Origin: a virus | IMG/VR virus record: IMGVR_UViG_3300037130_000236 | Reading direction: 5' to 3' (one strand) | DNA length: 64,000 nt | Shown: positions 38,357 to 48,827 of the stretch, one piece after another | Layout: each line of letters starts with the position of its first letter | Numbering within the stretch: the stretch's first letter is position 1 | The notes under the pieces: model-generated | What the model saw: the letters and a program-made list of their open reading frames with translations, nothing else | Told to the model about the DNA's origin: nothing | Database searches by the model: none | Translations under genes and position numbers: made by a program

Positions 38357-39145
38357 ATGAACACTTCCACGCAGATTCAGCGCGTAAACAGCTTGACCTA
38401 TGCAGATGTGGCGGGCATGAATGTCGGCCTCACTCGTATGCAGGGCGAGGACTCCGTTGCTTTCCTTGAACGCTGCTATCTGGCCACGACATGCCGCCAG
38501 GACAGCACCTATGAAGGCGAGCAGGACCAGGTTTGCTTGCAGCTTGGTTTGAATCAGTGGGCAGGAATCGCAGTCAGCTCCACATCTCTCGGTATGACCA
38601 TCACTGTTTGCATCGGATTGGTCACGGTCGTTTTGAATGGTGTCACTTACACCATCCCTACGGTGACGATGGCTCCTGACGATTACTGGGTCTGGAGAAA
38701 GATCAGCGATGTCGTGAATGACCTGAATGCCATCACAGGTGTGACGGCAACTCTGCTCGGCCCGGATGGGCCGGCGCTTCAGATCGCCAAGCAGAGCAAC
38801 CAGTTCACGGTGCCCAGTGAAGCCATCGACATGACTGACCAGATGCTGGCTCATGCAAATGTGATCGAGTCTTCGCTCACCTTCAGTGTGGCGCCGGGCA
38901 GTTACGTGTTCAATCCTCAAACCGGAGAGCTGATATTCTCGGGTACCTTGCCGTCCGGTTTGTCCGTGGCTTACCAGTACATCGCCATGCCCTACAACAT
39001 CGTGTGCAGCGAGCTGGGCCTGTTTGGCCTGGTCGAACCTTCCCTGGCTACTGTGGGCGTTAGCTCTGACAACGTGCTTGCTTACCAACTCCGCGAAGTC
39101 GTGCAGGCCGTGATGAATGCGGATCCCTCCTACTGGGCACAATAA
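38357..39145 (+). CDS. Baseplate wedge-associated protein
   Basis: 262 aa; VGLTRMQGED..FLER resembles gpI/tail-formation motifs. Confidence 0.5.
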   Translation: MNTSTQIQRVNSLTYADVAGMNVGLTRMQGEDSVAFLERCYLATTCRQDSTYEGEQDQVCLQLGLNQWAGIAVSSTSLGMTITVCIGLVTVVLNGVTYTIPTVTMAPDDYWVWRKISDVVNDLNAITGVTATLLGPDGPALQIAKQSNQFTVPSEAIDMTDQMLAHANVIESSLTFSVAPGSYVFNPQTGELIFSGTLPSGLSVAYQYIAMPYNIVCSELGLFGLVEPSLATVGVSSDNVLAYQLREVVQAVMNADPSYWAQ

Positions 39146-42100
39146 TGATCGCTTTCTACCAAGACGCAGCACTTCAAGACCCGGCTGTGGCGGCCACGCC
39201 AAAGCGGTTCCTGTTGCCACTCGCCGGCGGTGTCAAGCCAGGCACTCTTTATCTCGGCGACCCTTACACGGCTGCGGTCACTGCACCTGCTGCCATCGGC
39301 GCGGCAGTAGTCTCTTTGGATCAGACTTTCCAGTTTCCGGCATCGGGTTCCGCGGTTGTCTACGTCCCGGCAAACGGATCGACCGCTGCTTCCCAGATGG
39401 TCATCAGCTATACCGGGACGAGCAACAATAGCCTCACCGGGGTTACAGGCATCACCCAAACCATCGGCGACGAATATCTGATCCGCCCGAACATCGTGTG
39501 GCGCTCGCGCGGCAATGTGGTGTTCTTCGGTTCAGGTTCCGATGTTCCTAACAACCTGCTGGTGGCGTTTGGGGTTCCCACAAACCCCTCAGCTTCGTGC
39601 CGATCCACGGCCTTCGGGGTTGCGGGTGGCGCGTACATCTCTGCGGCTCAATCGATCGCCGCCGGCGCCGAGAACATGATGCGCATCGACATCAGCGTGA
39701 CAGTTCCGCCGGGTGTGCAGCAGGAGTTCACCAACTGGGGAGTGTCGACGAGTTCATTCTTCGCGTACCAGACAGGGAACACCTCAGCCATTCCGACGAC
39801 GGCTCTGGGTGTTGTTCCGATGGCTGCCGGCTATGTGATCCGCCGTGACCAGATGGTTCCTCTGGCAGCTCGTCTGTTGCCATCCAACCGTCAGGTATCT
39901 GCCACAACTCCCGGCTTTGTGATTGGCCAGTACCGTTGGCGCGACGAGGACGAAATCAATGCCGCGGCGCTTGTGCCCATCGAATGGGATGCCGATGTGA
40001 ACGCGATCGGGATCGACAAGTTCACCAGCGGGATTGGCGACAACGACGATCTCCAGCCGTTGGAATTTGTGGAAGGCACGGGTAATGACGCCAACTCCGT
40101 GTTCCTGCAGATCCAGGACGGATCGTACTTTGCCGGGCCCGTGCGTTACTTCCTGCCAGGCACACCGGGTTTGGAGTTTCATCCCGGTACGGTGCTCACA
40201 CACGTTCTGGCAAACCAGCCCAATCTCAACAAGCCGATCTTCGTGGGAACCTGGCAGCAGGATTCCGACGGCTTTTATTCAGTTGCCACCAGCTATCGCT
40301 ACCGGGCAGTTGCCTTTGTGAATGACGGCAGCCCCCAGTTCCAGTTGAACCAGGCGACAAAGACGATCACGATCAATCAGCCTCTGGCTCAGCAGACCCT
40401 GTTCCTCGGAGTTCTCGGCGGGACAGGAAACGACACGTTCAACCTGCCGGTGTATCCGATCTATTCCATTCAGAATATGTACATCGCGCTGGGCGGCGAC
40501 CTGGGAACTGCGGCGCTCAACAACTTCGACTTCGATTCCGACGACGGCACGGTCTCCGTCACCTCGACACCGGGCGGCCTCTACACACAAGGGCAGCCCG
40601 TCTATGCGGTGTGCAATCCCGCGATTGCCCTCCAGTACGAGCTGGCGGCTCAGACCTATGCCACGTCGCACACCTACAGGCTCTCGACGGCGGGTCAGGG
40701 GCTTGTCCAAGCCCTGGCCAGCTTGAACCCGAGTCAAACCTATTCGTCCGGTATCTGGGTCGACGGTGCTCTTGCTTACAACCTTGGGCCTTCCTACAAC
40801 GTCCTGGTCGTCGACCGAGCAACAATGGTGAACGAGTCCTTCACGACGTTCGAGATCATGGGAAGCCAGGCCGTTGAAGCCGAAGTGATGGCCAACTTCC
40901 TGAGCAGTCTGGACTCGAGCAAGATCGTCATCATCGTGTCTTATGGTGATCCTCAATCCAACCGGCTGGTTCCTGATTTGCTTGCTGCCATTCGGAACTG
41001 CGGAGGAGGCCCGGTATACACATCCGCGGCATTCTGCGCGGAGTCTGCCTACATCCTCGTGGGCATTCCGGGGATTGGCTATGGAAATGGCTTGGAGTAT
41101 TACAAGGGTTCGGGCGACAACGATCCTACGGCTTCTTTGTGCATCCCGCTGACCATCACTGCCGGCAATGTTCCGGGCATCAACACCCCTGCGATTCCTT
41201 CGGCAACCAACACGACTACGAACACACGGCAGCTTCCGGTTGACTTGAATCCGGCTTTCTCCGGCATCACCAGCGGGTTTGTCTACCTCCAGCACAGGCA
41301 GCTCGCTCCCGTCTCAATCTCTCTGGCCTGCGACAAGCCGCTGATTGCGATTCCTGCGACTCTTGAGTCGATCATCGATCTGGTTGCCTACGGTCCGGTC
41401 TACTTCAACGGAGACTATTCCCTCCTGAGTGCAACGGCTCATGGCCCTCTCAATGGAGAGGTCGTTCCAAACGTGACCATGAAGGTTGTGGTGGACTCGG
41501 ACACTTGGTCGGGTCTGATCAATTACCAAGATCCGACCGCGGAAGAAGTCACAGTCACCACCGGCGCGGACGGCGTTGTGAACATGATCTATACGCCCAA
41601 GGCCGATTGGGGTGTCTACGTTCCGACGACGGCCGCCGGCAGCGGCCTGGCGGGCATCAAAGAAACCTTCCAGGCAGGCGACACGGTTGTCCTTCCAGAA
41701 GCTCTGCCGATCTCACAGGTGTGGGATGGCGCCAACTGGCTCGTCACTCTCTACTCCGTGCTGGACAACAGCCCGATCTACGGGATGATCGGCGCCAACA
41801 CCATTCAGGGCCAGGTTCCATGGACAACATCGGGAACACCCGGTGAAGCGAACTACAAGACCAATGGCCAGCTCGTGGCATGGATCGGTCCGAACACCGC
41901 GCAAGTTACACTGGCTGCCGCCATTGGCGCATCGAGTATTTCTCTGAATCAGACAGGCAACTTTCCGGCATCCGGAACAGCCGTTGTCGACAACATGATC
42001 GTTGCCTACACCGGCAAGACCGCGACAGCCCTGACAGGTGTCACAGGCATCACGGCGGCCATTTCCGTCGGCGATCTGATTTACCCGCCCAGGACAGCAC

Positions 42101-42450
42101 AAGGCCCGATCGTACCGATCGAGGCGTTGGATGTGAACGGGAACAACTACACCTCGTCTTTGTTTACCGGCGAGGTTGTGGCTCTGGTTTATGCCCAGCC
42201 GATCCCGTCTTCCACCACAACGGGCGCTTACTTCCTGACGTTCCTTCAGCGCGTCCAGATCAATCTTCAAGTCGTCGACTCGAATCTGTCTTCGAACACG
42301 GTCCTGCTGCAGATGGCCGATCCGCCTCTGATCATTGAGAATCCGTGGCTCGTTCTCAGCGACGCCATTCAGGGTTACCTGGCCCAGTACAGGCTCGGCC
42401 AGTCCAATGCAGGTTCGTCATCCGGCCCTACATCACTGCCTCCCGGCTAA
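39145..42450 (+). CDS. Large baseplate/tail protein with ILEI/PANDER-like lectin domain and internal duplication
   Basis: YNVLVVDRAT..FTTFE..MANFLSSL..IVIIVSYGD..SAYILVGIPG (about 40790-41100). Confidence 0.65.
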   Translation: MIAFYQDAALQDPAVAATPKRFLLPLAGGVKPGTLYLGDPYTAAVTAPAAIGAAVVSLDQTFQFPASGSAVVYVPANGSTAASQMVISYTGTSNNSLTGVTGITQTIGDEYLIRPNIVWRSRGNVVFFGSGSDVPNNLLVAFGVPTNPSASCRSTAFGVAGGAYISAAQSIAAGAENMMRIDISVTVPPGVQQEFTNWGVSTSSFFAYQTGNTSAIPTTALGVVPMAAGYVIRRDQMVPLAARLLPSNRQVSATTPGFVIGQYRWRDEDEINAAALVPIEWDADVNAIGIDKFTSGIGDNDDLQPLEFVEGTGNDANSVFLQIQDGSYFAGPVRYFLPGTPGLEFHPGTVLTHVLANQPNLNKPIFVGTWQQDSDGFYSVATSYRYRAVAFVNDGSPQFQLNQATKTITINQPLAQQTLFLGVLGGTGNDTFNLPVYPIYSIQNMYIALGGDLGTAALNNFDFDSDDGTVSVTSTPGGLYTQGQPVYAVCNPAIALQYELAAQTYATSHTYRLSTAGQGLVQALASLNPSQTYSSGIWVDGALAYNLGPSYNVLVVDRATMVNESFTTFEIMGSQAVEAEVMANFLSSLDSSKIVIIVSYGDPQSNRLVPDLLAAIRNCGGGPVYTSAAFCAESAYILVGIPGIGYGNGLEYYKGSGDNDPTASLCIPLTITAGNVPGINTPAIPSATNTTTNTRQLPVDLNPAFSGITSGFVYLQHRQLAPVSISLACDKPLIAIPATLESIIDLVAYGPVYFNGDYSLLSATAHGPLNGEVVPNVTMKVVVDSDTWSGLINYQDPTAEEVTVTTGADGVVNMIYTPKADWGVYVPTTAAGSGLAGIKETFQAGDTVVLPEALPISQVWDGANWLVTLYSVLDNSPIYGMIGANTIQGQVPWTTSGTPGEANYKTNGQLVAWIGPNTAQVTLAAAIGASSISLNQTGNFPASGTAVVDNMIVAYTGKTATALTGVTGITAAISVGDLIYPPRTAQGPIVPIEALDVNGNNYTSSLFTGEVVALVYAQPIPSSTTTGAYFLTFLQRVQINLQVVDSNLSSNTVLLQMADPPLIIENPWLVLSDAIQGYLAQYRLGQSNAGSSSGPTSLPPG

Positions 42451-42491
42451 TCGTTGGTCCGCAATTTCCAATTTCCAAACGAGGTTTTTTC

Positions 42492-44102
42492 ATGTCCACC
42501 TTCAATCAGGCACGCTATCGCTATATCGACTGGATCGCTGAACGCATTCTCGAAGCCAGCGAACTGGACAGGCTCCAGCAGATCATGCAGGGTGTTGCTC
42601 CCGATGACGTCACACGCTGGGCTTGGGACCTGGGAGCGATCTACAAGGAAGGCGCGACCTTCAACGTGACTCCCACGGTCGCAGGAACAACCGTGACCCT
42701 GACGGCGACCAATTCCTCGCAGCCGATGCTGGTGTTCGTTCGCGGACGTTGGGAGATCCTGCAGACCAGCGAAGCGACCCCGGTTACCTTGACTTCGGGA
42801 CAGACGAACCTCTATCTGAACTGGCAGCTGGTCATCGTCAACAACACCGTTGATCCATCGCTGGTCGATTCCGCCACAGGAGAGCCCACGGCCGAGATGG
42901 GGCAGCTGGTGCTGCAGGTGGCAGCGGCGGACACGTCTACCACGACATTGAACACCTCCCTTTACTTCCAGCAGAACTCGAACCCGATTGTGCTGTTCTC
43001 CTTTGCAGTGGCATCCGGGACAGGCGTTCTCACGGTGGTGAGTTCTTCAGGCGTCAAGATTCAGGCATTGGCGTCTGGCGCGAAGGCCGGCATGGTCTCT
43101 TTGACCACTACGACATCGAGCGGCCAAGCTCTGTCGTCCGATGATCCGAGTGTGACCAACTCCCGCAACCCGAATCCGCTGAGTGTGACGGACGCCGCGG
43201 TGCGCGTGCCGGTGCTTTCCGGAAGCAATACGCTGCCGATCGGCACAGGAGCGGGACAAGATCCTGGTGGCATCTCCACTGCCAAACTCATTCACGTTCC
43301 AACCAGCCAGACCGGGGCTACAGTCATCGAGGCGGTGCGCGCGCAGGCCAATGCCACTCAGGCAGCCTTTGCGGCCCACGCGCCGGCGCCTCTCGGCAAC
43401 GGCGTTCATCAGATGCCCACCGCATCCCAAGTTGGGGCAGCTCCCGCCAGCCACGTCGGCCAGGTGCTTGGACTCTCCACTTCCCATCCCCCGGAGGTCG
43501 ACGCTGATTCAGGTGGCTTTGAGGTTCTCCGCGATCCGGGAGCGGCGGCGGCTGCCATGGATCCCGGTTTCGGGATTCTCATGGCCAACGTCCTTCAGTC
43601 AGGATTGCTGCACAACGGGGATGTCTATGGGCTTTTGAGCCAGGGCATTACCGCCTATCCCGGCGCAGTGGACGGCGACGGCGCCATGACTACAACTTCC
43701 CTGGGTCTTATGAGCGCAATCGCCAGCATTCTCGTGGGGCACATCAACAAGGTCAGCCACAAGAACCCGCACGGAATTACGCTGCCTGACCTGGGTCTCA
43801 CCATCTCATACGACTTCGTGGCGAACAACGGCTACATCAAGTTTGCCATGGGAACCAACGTGTTCATGATTCAGTGGGGCACGAAGGCATCTGTGGGGAA
43901 CAGCGCACCTGGTTCATCCTTCTTCTTCAATCCGGAGTTTCCCAACAACTGCTTCGGGGTGTATGGAGTGGCAGTTTGCCTTCCAGGATTCGATTCTGGA
44001 TTCTTTGTTCTCTCTGACACTCCCAGCACGTACGGCTTTACTGCCTACGTTGGCGGACCGCCTTCTGCCCGGACCGTCTACTGGATCGCAGTCGGTAACT
44101 AA
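42492..44102 (+). CDS. Tail fibre protein (DUF4815-like N-terminus, gp53-like C-terminus)
   Basis: ERILEASELDRLQQI; C-terminal GYIKF..MIQWG..FPNNCFGV..VYWIAVGN; start taken at ATG 42492 after GAGG. Confidence 0.75.
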   Translation: MSTFNQARYRYIDWIAERILEASELDRLQQIMQGVAPDDVTRWAWDLGAIYKEGATFNVTPTVAGTTVTLTATNSSQPMLVFVRGRWEILQTSEATPVTLTSGQTNLYLNWQLVIVNNTVDPSLVDSATGEPTAEMGQLVLQVAAADTSTTTLNTSLYFQQNSNPIVLFSFAVASGTGVLTVVSSSGVKIQALASGAKAGMVSLTTTTSSGQALSSDDPSVTNSRNPNPLSVTDAAVRVPVLSGSNTLPIGTGAGQDPGGISTAKLIHVPTSQTGATVIEAVRAQANATQAAFAAHAPAPLGNGVHQMPTASQVGAAPASHVGQVLGLSTSHPPEVDADSGGFEVLRDPGAAAAAMDPGFGILMANVLQSGLLHNGDVYGLLSQGITAYPGAVDGDGAMTTTSLGLMSAIASILVGHINKVSHKNPHGITLPDLGLTISYDFVANNGYIKFAMGTNVFMIQWGTKASVGNSAPGSSFFFNPEFPNNCFGVYGVAVCLPGFDSGFFVLSDTPSTYGFTAYVGGPPSARTVYWIAVGN

Positions 44103-44119
44103 CTCGTTTGGAGAATGCA

Positions 44120-45670
44120 ATGCCGCCAACTGGAATCCAGACTTTCTACTATGGCAAGAACCTGCCGGCCCGTGCCATCGCCATTGCGCAGGTAACGGCC
44201 GAGGACGTGAGTCCCGCCGACCTGATCGATATTGTGAACACACCATACCTGCCCGGTTCGCTGGGCATCTGGAAGGCATCGGAAGGTCTTGCCACTTCTC
44301 CGAACTTCACGGCTCCTGACTACAACCAATCGGTGACGATCACAGGCGATGTTCTGTACATGGTCCAGAACCAGTTCTTTCAGATTACCAATCAGTTCGC
44401 CGCCGATGGAGTGACGCCGCTCTACTTCTACCACAACTTCGGGCAGTCGGTGTCTGGCGCGACGATCCTCAATCTGGACGGATCAGTGGTCACACCGGCC
44501 CCAACTGTATTGTTCAGCGGCAACTGGATGTACCACGATGTTCCTTCCACGCTTCCTTACCAGGTGCGTTATGTGGACAGCGCCGGCCGTGTTCAGATCA
44601 GCCTGCTTCATTGCAACCAGGTGATGCCTCTGAGCACCAATGGTGATACTTCCAAGGGCTACGCTTTCACGGGCGGAATGATCGAGCTTGCCAGCGCGGC
44701 CGTCTCATACTCCATCCGCTTTCTGGTGCAGAACGGCTACCAGGCGCTGCCTCCTTACGAGGCGCCCTCCTATCTGCCATGGTTCCCGCGCGTGCGATTC
44801 TCGCTGCAGCCTCCGGCTTTGGAATATCCCATCCAGAGTTTCCTGCCCACCCGGCCGTATCTGCTGGGCTATTGGATTCCGGGCACGGTCCTCGGGCCCA
44901 ACCTGATCCAGTTCGACAGGCATGGAATCTACAACGACCCCAACCATCTGCCCGACATCGTTGTATTCGACAGCAACCAGAAGATCAAGTACGCGATGGA
45001 TGGCTCTGCAAATGGAGAGCCTGAAACGCACGGCACGCTCTATCCCTGGAAGCGAAATCAGATCTCGGATGTCGATCCTTTCACGGGCAGAGTGGCTGTT
45101 GTGCCCACGGTGCTCACCACCGACACCGTCTATGGGTTCTACTCCTACTTTGAGCCGGACGTCGTTTACACGGCGCTGGATGTGAATCCCGTCACCAACC
45201 CCAGCATCAAGAACACGGTCATCTGCTTTTACTACCGTGCCACAAGCAATCCCTTGCAGGAGATTTACCACCAGGTCTTCAACGATTCAGGCCCGATCGC
45301 GGGGATGACCAACGATCCCAACCCTCCGACCTGGAGCGGACAGACCCCGGCGAGCGGGACTGTCTTCGCCGAGATGGTGGTTGGTGTCTCCTTCGGCATT
45401 GCGACCTTTGAAATGACCGACGTCCGCACTCGCGGCGGCGGGCTCGCCCCGGCCTATCAGACCATTCCCCAGGCGGACAACTTCTGGGATCTTGGCTACC
45501 TCGATGGGCGGCCTTACCCGGTCGGCGGAGCTTTGGTTGTCTATCTGCCAACGCGCATTCTGAACACAATGACCCGTGATGTGGTTGCCGGCATCGTCAA
45601 TTCCGTTCTGCCCATGGGAACCATTGCCGCGATCCGCTACTACGATCCGGAAGGGAACGAAAGTGTCTAG
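44120..45670 (+). CDS. Virion structural (baseplate/fibre-attachment) protein
   Basis: GGAGA RBS then ATG 44120; C-terminal DVRTRGGGL..FWDLGYLDGRPYP motif. Confidence 0.6.
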   Translation: MPPTGIQTFYYGKNLPARAIAIAQVTAEDVSPADLIDIVNTPYLPGSLGIWKASEGLATSPNFTAPDYNQSVTITGDVLYMVQNQFFQITNQFAADGVTPLYFYHNFGQSVSGATILNLDGSVVTPAPTVLFSGNWMYHDVPSTLPYQVRYVDSAGRVQISLLHCNQVMPLSTNGDTSKGYAFTGGMIELASAAVSYSIRFLVQNGYQALPPYEAPSYLPWFPRVRFSLQPPALEYPIQSFLPTRPYLLGYWIPGTVLGPNLIQFDRHGIYNDPNHLPDIVVFDSNQKIKYAMDGSANGEPETHGTLYPWKRNQISDVDPFTGRVAVVPTVLTTDTVYGFYSYFEPDVVYTALDVNPVTNPSIKNTVICFYYRATSNPLQEIYHQVFNDSGPIAGMTNDPNPPTWSGQTPASGTVFAEMVVGVSFGIATFEMTDVRTRGGGLAPAYQTIPQADNFWDLGYLDGRPYPVGGALVVYLPTRILNTMTRDVVAGIVNSVLPMGTIAAIRYYDPEGNESV

Positions 45671-46097
45671 GCCTCGCACATTCACAGTCGAAGAACAGCA
45701 TGAGAAAGACCGAGCCCGCCAACGACGTTGGCGGGCCAATCATCCGACTGAAATGAGGAAGGTCTGGGCTAAGTGGTACAAACTGCATCCAGAAAAAGCC
45801 CTGATCACTCGGATCAAAGGGAAGGCCAAGCGTAACGGAATTGCCTTTGACCTTCTGCCATCTGACATAGAGTTTCCGAAAGTGTGTCCGGTGTTGGGTT
45901 TTCCGATGAACTATGAGGATGTTGGTTCAGACGGCTATCCCCATCTTGATCGGATTGTGCCATCGGTAGGCTACGTCTCTGGAAATGTTTGCATCATCTC
46001 AAGCCGCGCGAACCGCATCAAGCAGGATGGTACGGCTCAGGAACATCTGCTGATCGCCGACTATATCGATGCTTACACCGAAAAGAAGGCAGCATAA
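45663..46097 (+). CDS. HNH-like (His-Me finger) homing endonuclease
   Basis: CPVLG..LDRIVPSVGYVSGNVCIISSRANRIK; start taken at GTG 45663. Confidence 0.8.
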   Translation: MSRPRTFTVEEQHEKDRARQRRWRANHPTEMRKVWAKWYKLHPEKALITRIKGKAKRNGIAFDLLPSDIEFPKVCPVLGFPMNYEDVGSDGYPHLDRIVPSVGYVSGNVCIISSRANRIKQDGTAQEHLLIADYIDAYTEKKAA

Positions 46098-46624
46098 TGG
46101 CAAAACCCTTCTATCTCATCTGGCAGGAAGGAACAACCGTCCTTGAAGGCTACGACGGCGCCAACTGGATCGACGGTCAGTTGACCTTTCCTATCGTGTT
46201 CCCCGGCATCACGACCACGCCGCTGGCGCTTTCGCTGAGTTCTTCTGCCAGCGTCAATCTGACGTTCGAGACACTGATCAACGTCGCCTTCTATCTGACA
46301 GGCAGCGATGCGCCCACGGTGCAAGGCGAGTGGCCTTACATCACCGATGCCTATGGCAACGCGACGGCGTCGGTAACCGGCGGTGTTGAGATCAGCTTTG
46401 ACAACGGCCTGACCTGGAACCGCTTCTCGAACACGGTCGGTCTGGAAAGCACTCCCTCCACATGGCTGCCGCTTCCTCAGGAAGCGGTCGGTTCTGTTGG
46501 CGTGGCCGGCCAGATCGGGGCCTTCGACACAGCTCACATGCTGGTGCGATATGTCATCCCTCCATCGGTCTCTCTGACCAAGGTTCTTGACGTTCAACTG
46601 CAAGTCGATTGCGACGTGGTGTAA
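46097..46624 (+). CDS. Hypothetical virion protein
   Basis: TAATG-coupled, 175 aa, beta-rich. Confidence 0.7.
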   Translation: MAKPFYLIWQEGTTVLEGYDGANWIDGQLTFPIVFPGITTTPLALSLSSSASVNLTFETLINVAFYLTGSDAPTVQGEWPYITDAYGNATASVTGGVEISFDNGLTWNRFSNTVGLESTPSTWLPLPQEAVGSVGVAGQIGAFDTAHMLVRYVIPPSVSLTKVLDVQLQVDCDVV

Positions 46625-46627
46625 AGA

Positions 46628-48820
46628 ATGCAACTCCTCGGGAACTATCAATCCACACTCAGCTCGTCCTACTACCAGCAACTCGTGACGCTGTTGCAGC
46701 AGGCGATCCAGGCAGGCGACTTCGGTGGCGGTCAGGTGTTCGACCAAGCCGCCCTGGTGGCCCTTCAGAAGCAGGCGCAGAACTTCTCCACACTGCCGCA
46801 GCCTTCCGCTGGCCAGGTGGTGACGGATGAGTCGTTCAACAATCCCTTCACCTTGCTGGCTGCCCAGTTCACCGCACTGTTGAATGAGTCGAATGCCTTT
46901 GCGACGCAGATGGCTGCTCTGCTCTCAGTCCTCGGCAAGGACACGGCTCTTGTCGATCAGCTTCTGGCCGAAGCCGATCTTCAGACATGGGCCAGCACAA
47001 TTCCCGCGGTGACCGGCGCCACTCCTATCATGTGGGATTTCGGAGTGGGCTACGGTCCGATCGCTCCCCTGTCCTTGACAGTAATCTGGACCGACCCTGC
47101 CACGAGCGCGACCTACCCCAACAATCCGACGTTGTCTTCCAATCTGGCGACGGTGCTTCTTCCAGGGTTGACTGCTACCGCGTCAGGGTTGACTTGCCCA
47201 CAGAACATTGCCACGGTGCCGGTCAATAACCTGACCTGGACGTACACCACGGGCAATGCGCAGGTCGAGGTTTTGAACCAGGACAGTTGGACAAAGTTGA
47301 CCCTGCTGGAACCTCAGCCTCTCATCAACTTCTCTTCCACGCCGAGTGTTACACCTGCGGCGAGTCCGTTTGTTGTGACTGGAACTTCAAACCTCGGTTC
47401 GCTTCCGGTTTACATCCAGACCTCCTTTGTTGGACGGCAAAGGCACACCACCGCTTCGGCCACCAACGGAACGACGATCTCTCTGTCTCCCTACAGGGTG
47501 GACACCGATGAAGTCTTCGTCTTCGTCGGATATGGCACCACCAAGCAGCAGTTGCTTTCCTCGGCCACCGATTACACGGTGGATCAGTATGGCAACTTCA
47601 CACCCATCACACTCGCCGCGGCCGCCACGACAGTCGACATCTTCTTTGAGGAAGAGTTCCCGGCGTACCAGTGCTCGGTTGATCAGGTCAACTGGTCGCC
47701 TTTGCTCATGCTGGACCCGGCCCGGCCATATCCAGACGGAGCCACCTCGTTCCCGCCGATTGCTTGGAGTATGGACAGCAAAGGGAACCTGGCCCTGCCC
47801 GTCACCGACGAGATCGGCACGCCGACAGGGATGTACATCGAGATCGGATCGGCAGTTCCGACGCAGGCTTACCTCTTGCAGGCGGTGGGCCAGGCTTCCC
47901 CAAACACGGTGGGAGCCACGGCGCTGCTTGAAATCGACTTCGCCCAGCTCAGCTATTTGACGGTTCTCAGGGTGACGCCGTTCACAACTTTCCCCATGAT
48001 TCTGACAAAAGTAGAGATTCAGGGGATAACAACCAATACTAGACAGACAGTGTGGAGTGGTTCGACACCGATCGATCAGCCAACTGCTCTCCACCTTGAC
48101 CAGATAATGGGTATTAACCCGTTGGTTTCAAAGGTGTTCCTGACGTTTTACCAGCCGAACTACTCCCTGAAACAGCAAACGGTTACCCCTCCTGACGCCC
48201 TGCGCTTGAATGTCATGAGCCAGTTGCAGGCAGTTCTTCCGTTCAATGCCCGCAATGTGGTTCCTCCGCCGGCCGTCGTCTACACAGGTGCCCAGTATGA
48301 GTTTGGGGTGGCTGATGTTTCCGGAGAAGCCTGGACGGCCTCGTCAGGTGTGTTTGTTTCAGGTCCAAATAGGTTTGTGGGCATCCCTGAACTGATCCGG
48401 TTTGATGCGGTTTCCACGGATGGTATTTCCAACGCTACCTACACGGGCACCTACGTTCCTCCGAATCTCATCAACAAGATTCCCTCTGCTCAGAACTCGT
48501 CGGGGTCGTTGGCACACATGATGAGTGGCGAGTCCTTGGCTATGTCAGAGGACACCTCGGGCGGTCCAGTCGACTTCTACCTGTGCTTTCAGGCCTTCGA
48601 CAATACAGGCACAGTGATCAAACAGAATCTGACTGGGTATCTGTTGCCTACAGGAGGCAGCGGCCAGTGCTTCTCTTTCACCTACCCGTTTATCAATGGA
48701 TGGAGCATCGGCTCTGGTGCCCTTTCTCAAATCGATCATGTCGATTTCTACATCAAGATTGTCCATCGGAGCTCGTCGGCCGTCGCCCAGCATTACATGT
48801 TGCAAGTGACCGGCCAGTAA
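46628..48820 (+). CDS. Virion structural protein
   Basis: 730-aa ORF in the co-oriented tail operon. Confidence 0.7.
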   Translation: MQLLGNYQSTLSSSYYQQLVTLLQQAIQAGDFGGGQVFDQAALVALQKQAQNFSTLPQPSAGQVVTDESFNNPFTLLAAQFTALLNESNAFATQMAALLSVLGKDTALVDQLLAEADLQTWASTIPAVTGATPIMWDFGVGYGPIAPLSLTVIWTDPATSATYPNNPTLSSNLATVLLPGLTATASGLTCPQNIATVPVNNLTWTYTTGNAQVEVLNQDSWTKLTLLEPQPLINFSSTPSVTPAASPFVVTGTSNLGSLPVYIQTSFVGRQRHTTASATNGTTISLSPYRVDTDEVFVFVGYGTTKQQLLSSATDYTVDQYGNFTPITLAAAATTVDIFFEEEFPAYQCSVDQVNWSPLLMLDPARPYPDGATSFPPIAWSMDSKGNLALPVTDEIGTPTGMYIEIGSAVPTQAYLLQAVGQASPNTVGATALLEIDFAQLSYLTVLRVTPFTTFPMILTKVEIQGITTNTRQTVWSGSTPIDQPTALHLDQIMGINPLVSKVFLTFYQPNYSLKQQTVTPPDALRLNVMSQLQAVLPFNARNVVPPPAVVYTGAQYEFGVADVSGEAWTASSGVFVSGPNRFVGIPELIRFDAVSTDGISNATYTGTYVPPNLINKIPSAQNSSGSLAHMMSGESLAMSEDTSGGPVDFYLCFQAFDNTGTVIKQNLTGYLLPTGGSGQCFSFTYPFINGWSIGSGALSQIDHVDFYIKIVHRSSSAVAQHYMLQVTGQ

Positions 48821-48827
48821 GAAGACC

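Noticed and set aside
48035-48047. ATACTAGACA resembling the promoter motif (also TTCCTATACC at about 4526)
   Set aside because: Partial matches inside coding sequence, explained by codons, and lacking the full TATACTAGA core.
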